Under the pieces are notes generated by a model. That model made no database searches. It had not been told where the DNA came from and saw nothing but the letters and a program-made list of their open reading frames with translations. The translations under genes and the position numbers were made by a program. This document shows, piece after piece, positions 52,501-64,000 of a DNA stretch of 64,000 nucleotides. Where the stretch lies: the NCBI GenBank assembly GCA_030704615.1, contig CM060732.1, positions 73,904,001-73,968,000 on the forward strand. The letters are read 5' to 3'. Each line of letters opens with the position of its first letter. Position 1 is the stretch's first letter. This DNA is from Takakia lepidozioides (Eukaryota > Plantae > Bryophyta).

Positions 52501-54307
52501 ACTCCTGCCATCAACCAGGAACACCAGATGAACATCCCCAACTTCGAACCACCCATTCAAAACGTGTTATTCGCCAATGGATACTAATCATTGGAGATGT
52601 GATGCATCCAAAAGGCACAAGCATGTTAGGCATTGTGGTGGGTCATCTAGAGAGTGACAAACCACAAATGTACACAGTGCTCCCCGTCTATTTCTCCATC
52701 TTTGCAAATGGGTTTGTGCCATGGAGGTAATAGGGAGATACCATAGAGACTGAATCATAAACCTTTCCAATCCACATGGCTAGTGCATGATTCTTACTTG
52801 GTGGTGCCTCTCATCAACAGTTGATTCATACGACTCAGCCCAGTCGATGGAGCGAGTCAAAGCTGGCTGCTTTGGGAAAGAGTACAGCACCACGCCTGGG
52901 TCTTTTAAATTTCGTATCTGCACCATGCATATTTCCCTTTTCGTGAGAGAATATCCTCAACGACTGGGAACATCCAAGGATTTCACTGGAACTGTGACGA
53001 AATCACTGGACCGTTACGGATTGGCCAAACACCACTGCAATTTTCTTCAACAACTCACGCATTACATTGGTTCTCCAATCAAGCCATGATAGAGCAGCAA
53101 GGCTGTCTTTTGGTTGCAAGCATCCTAAACTAGTAATGTCTCCTGATTTGATTTAGTGGCCTGAAGCAATCACAAGCCTGTTAAGTCCGAGTTATCTCAT
53201 CAGTCCAACAGAAATTTTTGTTACCCAGAGAAGACAGTGGGCAGGAGAAGTTAATTTGATGTCCAACCTTGATTTCCTTCACTAAGACAGCCTTGGCCAT
53301 TAACATTCTCGAAGAATTCTGTCCCAATTCTAGCTCCTCTGATTTATACAGAGCTAACAGCATCCACATGGAAACTATGACCCATCTCCCCATGATGCTC
53401 AAGCATTAGATTACAGGAGCAAGCACATGCAATAAAGACAGAGGGACAGAATCATAGCTATAGCGTCCTATGGCATATCCAGATACACCATCAAGAACCA
53501 GTCAGTCATCACTAAACTAAAATATCACATTCTGATATTATCAGGAAGATCTCATCTGAGTTGATATTGCACAGATTAGGATTTATAATAAAGACACAAT
53601 ACTTGAGTGAACCACTGAATATCCTAGGACCTTCTGATGTGCCACTTCCACGCCCTTCATACTGTCTTTGCCTCAGGACGTTTTGTCCTGCTCCATTGCG
53701 TGTTGCACTCATACAACCAGGCTATGATTTATATAGTATTTTTAATGCTGGATTATTTTGCTGGTAGGTTGGTATAATCAACGCCACTGTCCGAGTAACT
53801 ACTAATAACTACACATTGCACCCACCAGCTCCCCTCTGCCAGGAGCCACCATTCAGTCAAATACTTCCGTGAGTTACATGGCAATAGGATCCTCCTGAAA
53901 GGCCAAAGGTCGCCAAGGCTATCCATTCGGAACAACCGGCCTTGTGTAGAGCAAAAGCTGCTTCCTGGAATTTTGAAAACTTGGCATCCACCACATTGGT
54001 ACATAATCGAATGTATCAAAGGAAGGTGCAAAAGTATACTAGACTACATACCAAAGAACAGGAAGAGAGCGACCACGATGAAGATACCAAAGCCACATGA
54101 TACATCTTCTCGTTGCCTCCGAATTAAATCTCCCCTCCATTGCCTCTGATAGTGCGTATTAGACGAGTCAATGTAGGTGGGAGGATAAAATTGGTTATGA
54201 TGATCGTGGTGATGGTGGGAGCCAGCAGTGTCAAACGCTCCTGATCCACCATCGTGACTGAAGGCTGCCACCTCCCCTCCATCAAAGGCACCCCCGCCAT
54301 CCCCCAT
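49527..54307 (-). CDS. APD2: APD-type membrane RING-HC E3 ubiquitin ligase. Exons: 54307-54052, 53374-53268, 52917-52798, 52504-52408, 52125-52051, 51785-51703, 51242-51087 (or 51093), 50707-50638, 50225-49922, 49605-49527
   Basis: LYKSEELELGQNSS, EWAFWLNNGS, EWIDDPS, YYVAFGN, WEVEVSYAARW, and RING CSVC...PCGHHCTCYSC...CPICRQ. Confidence 0.88.
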
Positions 54308-54832
54308 GCCCTAAACCAAACTTCGTTCTTCGAGACTACAGCTCTCAATTTCATCAGGATACCTTTGGCAAGTTTCTCACTCCCTCAATCGATCTCTGTT
54401 AGTCTTTGATCCTTGCAAAGTTCTCTTATTTTAATCATTTGTAAACTCCTCCTCGAAGTGAAAGTGTGACATTGTGTCCACTGAGAATTTTTCAGTTTAT
54501 TTAAAGCTGCCGCCGACCCTTCCTCCCTCCTCTCTTCGGCCTTCATCTCTTCGGATACGAAGAGTGCACTCTAGACTACAATACAGTTTCCATTCACAGA
54601 GTGAATCGTCCATTCACGATTCTTATCATCCATCCACATTGGGGTCTGACGTGGTGGTTTAGGAACCTCAAGTGAGACCTCGATGTCCGACATTGCAAAT
54701 TTTTGGTTTCAATTTCATTTTTGAGATCCTTAATGAGGTGTCGAACGGGGGTGGACTGAAACGAGCGGCAATTTTTGAACAAGACGAGAGGCCAAGGTAT
54801 TGCCCGTTTGCGTTGTGTGTGTGAGAGAGAGA

Positions 54833-54856
54833 GAATGAAATGAAATGGTGCTTTAT
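54833..54856 (-). mobile_element. Tail-only fragment of the (CATTT)n LINE
   Basis: gaatgaaatgaaatggtgctttat next to a (GA)n tract. Confidence 0.6.
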
Positions 54857-54955
54857 GCTTTATTGTACTGCGCGAGAGGGCGAGTGAGGAACGCTTTGAT
54901 GCCTGATGTAGGGCATTAAGAAGTAAGTGAGGGGAGTGAGGTATCCGCAGTAGTC

Positions 54956-57900
54956 ATGGAGAAGATATCAGTTTCGATACGAGTACGGCCTCTGAGCAAG
55001 CAGGAAGCAAAGGGGAGTCCGTGGAAACTTGAACATAACTCAATTGCTCTTTGCAATGCCTCCGGGTACCCTATATCCGGCCAATCGTACACGTTCGGTA
55101 TGAGTTCTTCCCATATGTCATGGTTCTGTAATGTTTGTAGCTCCTTGTTGACTATGCTGCAGTTAGGCTTGGCCAATGTTTGGCGACAGTCTCTCTGAGG
55201 GATTTGGCCTTCTGTGAGTGTCCGCTAACCACTGGCTACTATCAACATGAAAAAACATCCTGGTTGGAGACTACTCTAATGTAGAAATGAAATGAAATAG
55301 TACTTTATAACGTCCGCGGAAAGCTCAAAGAGCTTATGGGAAAGAATGGAAAAAAAAAAGAGAGAGGATACAAAACCAGGGCAAAAAAGCAGCCCAAACG
55401 CAACTACTGCTCAAGGGATTGCCTAAGGGTCAAGGCCTCGCGCAGGTAAGCTGCCAAGCATTTCTGATCCTCATAATGGAAGACTTCAGTGAGAGATTGA
55501 GTTCCACGGAATAGACAGTGGAATCTCCCATGGATCTCATAATACAGAGGGCAATAAAAGAAGAAGCAAAGTAGCCCATGATCGGCCAACGCTGACCACA
55601 GCACATTTAGCAGTGGAATGAGGAGACCAGTTGTAGTGAGAGAGAGATGAAATGAAATGAAATGAAATGGTACTTTATAATGACCGCGGAAAGCTCAAAG
55701 AGCTTATGGGACAAAATGGAAAAAACAAGAGAGAGGAAACTAAACCAGATCCAAAAATGAGCCCAAAAGCAACTACTGCTCAAGGGAGAGAGAACTGAAG
55801 ATGGCCCCTGATCGCTTCCCTCACCTACCACTCAATTACTATTTCTCTTCTCACAGTAAGTGTGTCTGTGGTGGGCTCTTCCAACGAGATTGGTTGCTAA
55901 GTCAACCCCGTTGTTCAAGTCAAGGTTCGTGTTTCTCAAAGGTGGATACATTGGCTGTGCATGTGGCTGCAGACCGAGTATTTGGCAGAGAGTCTACGAC
56001 TTTAGACATTTATGAAGCACATACAAAAGACATAATTGCATCAACTGTAAAGGGCTTCAATGGTTTGTGCACCACACCTCAATTTCAGTGATTGTTTCTC
56101 TGGCATTTCTGTTCTACAGCCCTAAGATCTCACATGTTCATGCACATGTCATAGGACTATCAAGCAATTGCTATGGCACGACAAGTTATGGGTTTTCATA
56201 TTTATGTGTGTGCTCCAGTAGTCCAGGATTTTATCTGAATTCTCACAACCACCATCTCCTGGACATTATGCTTTGTGAGTAGGTGAGGCTGGCCCACATG
56301 AGCGGATATTTAGCAAACCTTTTCTCTCTTTGAGTTTAGATGTTAATCTGGAAAGTGCGATGGCAATGTCAGAATTTTTTTGCATGATCATGCAGAGCAA
56401 ATGGGACTATGAAGTGATGTGCAAATGAGCATATTTATTATCTTTGTTGCCAATTTTTTTATTCCTAGACGACTGTGACAATACAGTGCCCTTCTTGCTT
56501 CCTGCATTTAGTCTCCCAGTAATTCCTCAATAGTCTATGGTGTTTAGAGCACATGAATTCCTTTGTCTTGACATGGCTAACTTCATTATTTTCCTTGCCT
56601 ATTCCTCAGGTACTGTTTTGGCATATGGCCAGACAAGCAGTGGAAAGACCTTCACAATGCGTGGAACACTGCAAGAACCTGGGATCATTCCCCTGGCTGT
56701 GCAAGAAGTTTTCAGAAACATTCATATGGTATAACTTGTCAATAAGTTGCTCTAACTGATTTTTGGACGCCAAAGCAACTCCTAAGCAGGCATGACAACA
56801 TATTTGAACTGTACAGGCAGAAAATCGTGAATTTCTTCTCCGAGTGTCATATCTGGAGATCTACAATGAAGAGATCAATGACTTACTGGCTCCGGATAAT
56901 CAAAAACTACAAGTCCATGAAAATCTGGAGGTATGCCAGCAGATTCCTTGAAATCTCGAGGTGACCTATCTGTTTCTGAGTTCAAAGGAATTTAGAGGGA
57001 CCTGGAAAATTAACTGACCTGTCCTGTAATTGGCATGTGAAAAATCTGGAGCATCAAGGGCTGAAGACATCTCTGACATGATGCCTGTGCATGGATTGTC
57101 TACAGCGTGGAATTTTTGTGGCAGGCCTAAGAGAGGAAATAGTGGTCACCCCTGAGCAGGTTCTGGAGCTGACGGAGTTTGGTGAAAGTAAGATATGCTC
57201 GATTGGTCTCTTTTAGACAAGCATGGTGGATATTGTGGTGTGTTGATACTATTAGCTACTAGGTGGACATGCAAATGCTTAACCTTACCTGTCTTGTGCT
57301 TCAACTAAGATGCCGATAAATAGGCTCAGGCAGCGGTTGGTTGGGATCTAAACCGTATGGTGTTGTTGCAGGTCATCGGCATGTTGGGGAGACAAACATG
57401 AATGTTTACAGCAGCAGGTCACACACCATTTTTCGCATGGTAGGGAATTCAGTTTTATGTAACTGTTAGAACAAAGTTTGGTTGGTTCTTGAAAGGTTAC
57501 AGAGGTTCTTGTCAAATTCTTGCATTGCACCCTCTCACTTTTCTCTTCCAGTTGAGATCAATACAAGTTCATTAATGTTATGATCTTTACACTCGTGTGG
57601 TTCTGACATCTCTAGTCTTTATGGGTTTGAAGGTGTGTAGTCAACTTCACACCTTGTGCATATGAATGTACTTGATGGTGCCTTATTTTCTGAGGTGGCT
57701 CTAATACAAGCCAATGAATGCAGGTCATTGAGAGCAGGGACAGGAGCCAAGATGACCCCTCTGGCCCTGCAACTATGCAAGAGTGTGACGCTGTGAGGGT
57801 GTCTGTCCTGGTATGACCTCAATCTGAACCTTTCCATGAGCTTTCTGCGGATGTTATAAAGCACCATTTCATTTCATTTCATTTCATTTCATGATATCTT

Positions 57901-59162
57901 CTAGATTCTAATCCAGAGCTTTGAATCTTTATATTGTTCAGTTTCTTTGTCTGCTGTATTATCCAGTAAGATTTAGAGATTTCAATAGTGGTCTTCTCTT
58001 TGAATGGCCGGTCAAACTGGGCGCGGGGTCAATGGCCACAAGGTTATGGCGAACAACGTCTTATGAGTACATTCTTAGAATGGCCGGTAAATGGTGGAGA
58101 TTTAGATACCATCAATAAAGCTATAGAAAGAATATGTGGTGGAGTTAGCTGTTCTAATACTTGCTAGAAATGTTTGATTTTCTTGCTATAGCAGGTGAAC
58201 TTTTAGTACTGGAAGGCATTACATTGACTACTTTAGTGGTCCCTTGGTCTTAGCCTCAGTAAGTTATTGAATGGCATATGACATTGTACTATTAATTATG
58301 AGTTCAATGTTTGCTTGATTTAGTATCCTGATTGTCTATCCTTGAATGGGTTTGTGCAGAATCTAGTGGATTTGGCAGGCTCAGAGAGGGTGGCCAAGTC
58401 AGGAGCTGAGGGCACGCGTCTCAAAGAGGGAACCCATATCAACAAAAGCTTGATGACTTTAGGAACAGTGATCAACAAACTAAGTGAAGGCATCGAGAAA
58501 CAGGGGTGAGGAATGATTGGTCGTTAGGAACTCATTATCTAGTACTGTAGGAGATTTTAATATTGTGAGATTGTAGACCATTGAGTGTTCTTGTTGTGGG
58601 ACTGTTAGATCTAGACTGTTTGAAAACTCTGTACACCCATTCCTGGTCACAACATGGAATCATCCCAGAATGAAGCAAATGGGTGATGAATGGGAAGCTG
58701 TGTTTTTGTATTTTTCCTTGGAGAGGGGTTCATTGACAAAACCTCAAGGACTCGATACATGGTGTTCCGGTGGATGCAGCGGGCATATTCCCTACCGTGA
58801 CAGCAAACTCACAAGAATTTTGCAACCAGCCTTAGGTGGCAATGCAAAAACAGCAATCATATGCAACATCACACCTGCTTTGGTAAGCTGTACTGATCCG
58901 AAGCTCCTGCATTAGGCTGTCAAAGTGAAATTTTTTGACTTATCGTTATTTCTCATCAAGCTTGCCATTTTGTGTTCTATGTTCTCTCCTTGCTCTAGAT
59001 GCCCTATGCATATGAGGTCCTTGTTTTCTATAACCCCTTCCCTCAATATGTTCTTGAAATGGTAATGGAGAGAATATGCAGGTTCATGTGGATGAGACAA
59101 GAGGCACATTGTACTTTGCGAGCAGAGCAAACTGTGTCACGAATTGTGCCCAAGTTAATGAG
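54956..59162 (+). CDS. Kinesin-7 (CENP-E-like, KIN7N/KIN7O type) motor domain, continuing beyond the window. Exons: 54956-55097, 55973-56062, 56610-56728, 56817-56930, 57106-57187, 57372-57439, 57724-57810, 58360-58505, 58780-58882, 59082-59162
   Basis: IRVRP, P-loop [55 protein letters not shown]. Confidence 0.96.
55284..55566 (-). mobile_element. 5'-truncated (CATTT)n LINE copy (variant 3' UTR) in kinesin intron 1
   Basis: Encodes [18 protein letters not shown]...LRQSLEQ; carries the tail. Confidence 0.9.
55647..55787 (-). mobile_element. 5'-truncated (CATTT)n LINE copy in kinesin intron 1
   Basis: 3' UTR plus tail, flanked by gagagaga on both sides. Confidence 0.88.
57836..57892 (+). mobile_element. 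Very short (CATTT)n LINE copy in kinesin intron 7 (sense orientation)
   Basis: atgagctttctgcggatgttataaagcac followed by (catttc/atttc) repeats. Confidence 0.85.
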
Positions 59163-59186
59163 GTAAGCTTTGTTACTGATTCTAGA

Positions 59187-60712
59187 GAAATGAAATGAAA
59201 TGGTGCTTTATAACGTCCGCGGAAAGCTCGTAGAGCTTATGGGACAAAATGGAAGAAAACATGAGAGAGGAACAAATCCAGAAACCACAATTAATGAGAG
59301 AAATGAAATGAAATGGTGTTTTATAATGTCTGCGGAAAGCTCATAGAGCTTATGGGACAAAATGGAAGAAAACATGAGAGAGGAAACAAAACCAGAACTA
59401 ATGTTCTAGTGATTGTCTAAGGGTGAAGGCCTTGTGCAGGTAAGCCGCCAAGCATTTCTGATCCTCATAGTGGAAGGCCTCAGTGAGAGATTGGGTTCCA
59501 CTGAATAAACAGTGGAATCTCCCACGGATTTCGTAGTACAGAGGGCAGTAGAAGAAGTGTTCTTCAGTTTCAATTTCCTTGCTGCGCCCTATGCAAGCTG
59601 GACATAGGCGGTCCTCCCGTTGCAGGTTTTCCCATCTGCCAGTCTCTATCCGTAGGTTGTGGGAACCCACCCTGAACCGCCCCAATGCCCTCAGGAGGGA
59701 AGGAGATAAGGATGCTGAAAGGTGATTTGGCCTCAAGATTCTATCATCTCGGAGCACCAAGAATGTCTCTCGATAGAAGTGGAGCTTTGTCGTGAGATTG
59801 GGTAGTTTCCAAGTTCTCTTGACATGTAATTCCATAAGCTCTCTCCTAATGAGTCTGTTGCGGTCATGTCTGGATGTGATGTCCACCGCATCTGGATTCA
59901 TTGGTAATAGGAAAGCAGTAGAAAGTCCGTTACGTTGAAATAAACTGTCCACTCAAGCATACCAGGAGTTCCTGAAACCTGCAGCTTTGAGCCTCATAGA
60001 TGTTGTGAGGGCCCTTGCCACGAGCCCCTTGGGTGGAAGGGCCTGTAATCTATGGAGAAAGACTGTAGGCCGGAAGAGGGCCTCGGATTGCAATGGTACA
60101 CATGCGAACTCTGCACCTAGGATCTGAGATGGAGTTGTGCTCCTGGCGCCAAGCATTGCATAGAGAAATGAAATGAAATGGTGCTTTATAATGTCTGCGG
60201 AAAGCTCATAGAGCTTATGGGACAAAATGGAAGAACATGAGAGAGGAACAAATCCAGAAACCACAATTAATGTTCTAGCGATTGTCTAAGGGTGAAGGCC
60301 TCGTGCAGGTAGGCTGCCAAGCATTTTTGATCCTCATAGTGAAAGACATCAGTGAGAGTTTGGGTTCCACTGAATAAACAGTGGAATCTCCCACGGATCT
60401 CGTAGTATAGAGGGCAGTAGAAGAAGAAGTGTTCTTCAGTATAGAGAAATGAAATGAAATGAAATGGTACTTTATAACGTCCGCGGAAAGCTCATAGAGC
60501 TTATGGGACAAAATGGAAACATGAGAGAGGAACAAGTCCAGAAACCACAATTAATGTTCTAGCGAATGTCGAAGGGTGAAGGCCTCGTGCAGGTAGGCTG
60601 CCAAGCATTTTTTATCCTCATAGTGGAAGACATCAGTGAGAGTTTGGGTAGAGAAATGAAATGAAATGAAATGGTACTTTATAACGTCCACGGAAAGCTC
60701 ATAGAGCTTATG
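59187..60712 (-). mobile_element. Five 5'-truncated LINE copies stacked head-to-tail (59187-59296, 59300-60159, 60165-60440, 60446-60649, 60653-60712)
   Basis: Each begins on the + strand with (GAAAT)n and the same 3' UTR, has a different truncation point, and is separated by (T)AGAG or AG. Confidence 0.93.
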
Positions 60713-60713
60713 A

Positions 60714-63700
60714 GAAATGAAATGAAATGAAATGGTGCTTTATAACGTCCGCGGAAAGCTCGTAGAGCTTATGGGACAAAATGGAAGAAAACATGAGAGA
60801 GGAACAAATCCAGAAACCACAATTAATGTTCTAGCGATTGTCTAAGGGTGAAGGCCTCGTGTAGGTAGGCTGCCACGCATTTTTGATCCTCATAGTGAAA
60901 GACATCAGTGAGAGTTTGGGTTCCACTGAATAAACAGTGAAATCTCCCACGGATCTCGTAGTATAGAGGGCAGTAGAAGAAGTGTTCTTCAGTTTCAATT
61001 TCCTTGCTGCGCCCTATGCAAGCTGGACATAGGCGGTCCTCCCGTTGCAGGTTTTCCCATCTGCCAGTCTCTATCCGTAGGTTGTGGGAACCCACCCTGA
61101 ACCGCCCCAATGCCCTCAAGAGGGAAGGAGATAAGGGTGCTGAAAGGTAATTTGGTCTCAAGATTCTATCATCGCGGAGCACCAAGAATGTCTCTCGATA
61201 GAAGTGGAGCTTTGTCGTGAGATTGGGTAGCATCCAAGTTCTCTTGACATGTAATTCCATAACCTCTCTCCGAATGAGTCTGTTGCGGTCATGTCTGGAT
61301 GTGATGTCCGCCTCATCTGGGTTCATTGGTAATAGGAAAGCAGTAGAAAGTCCGTTACGTTGAAATAAACTGTCCACTCGAGCATACCAGGAGTTCCTGA
61401 AACCTGCAGCTTTGAGCCTCATAGATGTTGTGAGGGCCCTTGCCACTAGCCCTTTGGGTGGAAGGGCCTGCAATCTATGGAGAAAGATTGTAAGCCTGAA
61501 GAGGGCCTCGGATTGCAATGGTACACATGCGAACTCTGCACCTAGGATCCGAGATGGAGTTGTGCTCCTGGCGCCAAGCATTGCTTGGAGAAAAGATGAC
61601 TGTAATGGTTCCAAATTCTTTTCCCACCAGGAGACAGGGACACCAGGCGCCCAGAACTCACAACCATAGATGGTAGCAGGGCTGACGACGGTGTCAAACA
61701 GCCACTTTTTGGACGGGGGATGCCGCAGATGTATTTGCTTGCATTTGGCCTGAAGGCGGACGGAGGCCGCCTTGCCTTTAGTCAACCTGTCCAAGGCAGT
61801 GGCTGCAAAGTGAAACTTGGGGGAGTGGATAACCAGACCTAGGTACCGGTATGATTTCACAATCTCAATTTCCTGCTGGTTGAAGATGAATCTACGATCA
61901 GCCTGGCCATTGAAGACCATGATCTTGGTCTTGCTAAGATTGACCTGCATCCCATAGTCTTTGCAGATTCCAAAATTTTGAGATGGCGTTGCAGAAAGAC
62001 CGGGGATTGTGCCAAAAGGGCAACATCATCAGCATAGAGGAGATCTGATTGGGTTGGTCCCCCATCCAATGGGACCCCAACCCCATGGTTTTTTGATATG
62101 TAATTCTCCAAGGCGTCAATGTAGATCCCGAACAGGGTAGGTGAAAGGGGCCAGCCCTGTTTGACTCCAATGTTGCTGTGGATCTCGGCTGAGAATTCAC
62201 CAGCGATGTTGACCATGCCAGTGACAATCTCATACATAGAAGAGATGGCACAAAGGATGTCTGGAGGGACTTCCACTCTATGGAGCCGTTGGAAGAGAAG
62301 GTCCCGAGGAACTGAATCAAAGGCTTTGTGAAAGTCCACGAAGCAAACATAGACCATTCTTTTGTCATAGCGTGCACTTTCCACCATAACTTGAAGAGTG
62401 AAGATGTGGTCAATAGTGGATCGGTTTCGACGGAAACCAGCCTGTCCCTCAGCACGAATGCGAGAGTACTCAGCCCAATCATCCAGTTCCATGGCCACTA
62501 CTGCCCCAAACAGTTTAGCAAGTAATGAGGACACCATGATAGTACGATAGTTTGTCGGTGCGAGCCTGTCACCGCTCTTAAAAAGTGGGTGGATGATGCT
62601 CTTTGTCCACTCTGTTGGAAAGCCCCGTTGCACCACCTCATTGAAGAGGTTAGCTATAAAAGGGGCTAAAGTAGGTGCAGCATGCTTGATGAATTCACTC
62701 TGAAGTCCTGAAATGTCCACCGCTCTGCCATTTTGCAGCTTCTTGATTGCCTTACTGACATTGGCTGTAGTAAAGAGAGAGAAGTGAAGGGGTTTAGAGG
62801 TTATAGGAGAAGGAGTTTGGGTTGGGGAATGGTACAAAGACTGTGCATACTCATGCCAGACATGAATGTCAGTGATTGGGGGGGGATCTCTATGAGGTTT
62901 AAGGAGGGACCAAAAAGATCGAGGAGAAAATCTGATTTTAGCAAGGAAAGAAGATTGCAACTTGATAGTGTAGGCTTGCTTTTTGGATCTAATGAGGGAC
63001 TTATAGTGCTTAAGAGCAAGATTAGTGGACTCTGGAGAAGAATTGGTATCAAGTAGTAAAAATTTGATGCAACGTCTAGCAGTCTTGCATTCCTCATCAT
63101 AAAATGGTGCGTAACGACGAGTGGAGAAGGGTGAGGAGGTAGATGGAAGGGTGACGGGAAAGGATCGCAGGGCTGAGTCCCAAAGGGCTTGAGTAAGATG
63201 TGTAGCCTTGTCGTTAGGAGATGATAGATGTAGAATGGAAGGGAGGGTTGACGCAAGGTATGTTTCATACTCGGCGTCGTGTAAGTGAGAGAAAGGGGTA
63301 TTAAAGTGGATACGTGGGTGTAAGGGAAGAGACGCAGAGGGGATCCTCACGGGGAGGGAGATGGAAGGAAATGCAAAGGAAAGGCAAGAGTGATCAGAAT
63401 CCGGGTACCTCGTGATGTAAAAGGAGCTTATTCTATCCGGCTTGTTGGGGCTCCCCAAGAGATAGTCAACCACGCTTTGGCCCTTGTACGTGTGGCAAGT
63501 GAACTGGCTGGAGGATTTGAAGTTGGTTGTTCCATTGTAAATGGATAGCCCCTGAGTTTCACAAAACTTGAGTAGATGGTGACCGTAACTTGTGATTTCG
63601 CAAGAGGAATCTGCACTTTGCCTCTCCAATTCCGTATGCGAGCGTTGGATGTGTAGAGGATCTGTGTGGTCGAAGGTGGGGGCCTGTAGTGATCCTGTAC

Positions 63701-64000
63701 GGGCGTTGAAATCTCCAACCAAGAAAATGTCCGTTTGTGGGGTACGGAGACAGGCCATATCGTCTTCCAATGGAACATATGGTGAATCTGTTCGAATATG
63801 TAGGCCGCTGTGCGGAGATGTGGCCGGAGCAAAATAACATCCCGCCAGCAGGATGTTGTAGCCTTTGATGTGACACCAAATGTACCTTGCCAGTGGGTCT
63901 TTGTATGGGAAGGAGATAAGTGGGAGAAGCCAGTCAGCAAAGTAACAAGCCACACCTCCAGATCCTTTGAGACCTTTACGTGGACGAATCACTGACTGAA
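60714..64000 (-). mobile_element. Long non-LTR retrotransposon (APE + RT + C-terminal Cys/His domain; RTEX or CR1/L2-like), frameshifted near 61965; 5' end outside the window
   Basis: APE motifs GGVACY, GDFNARTG, VDY, SDH; RT motifs NYRTI, QAGFR, FVDFHKAFDSV, GVKQG(W)PLSP, LLYADD; C-terminal RFRVGSHNLRIETGRW...CPAC...ETEEHFFYCP. Confidence 0.95.

Noticed and set aside
59953-60550. ORFs 59953-60264 and 60275-60550 as genes
   Set aside because: They are chimeric read-throughs across junctions of the stacked LINE copies.

Overview
Eukaryotic land-plant nuclear DNA; a non-seed lineage is plausible but cannot be established from the window. Spliced genes reconstructed from GT-AG boundaries and reading phase: the 3' part of fructose-6-phosphate 2-kinase/fructose-2,6-bisphosphatase (F2KP, +), a Ubc6/UBC33-34-type E2 (-), PMP22/Mpv17 (+), an APD-type RING E3 (-) and the 5' part of a kinesin-7/CENP-E-like gene (+). 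Also present: an intronless SMOS1/At2g41710-like double-AP2 gene, a possible tail-anchored orphan ORF, pseudogene fragments (DUF2921, ABCG, BAH), and many mobile elements (hAT, Tc1/mariner and Harbinger MITEs, a tRNA-derived SINE family, a deleted L1, a probable LTR). Most notable: (1) two tandem, diverged 92-nt exons in F2KP that look mutually exclusive; (2) an APE-RT LINE with a 3' stem-loop and (CATTT)n tail stacked as six head-to-tail copies at one site in a kinesin intron; (3) an ABCG relic with a PDZ-like insert; (4) the intronless SMOS1-like gene with an intact second AP2 domain. Family assignments come from recalled motifs, not database searches.
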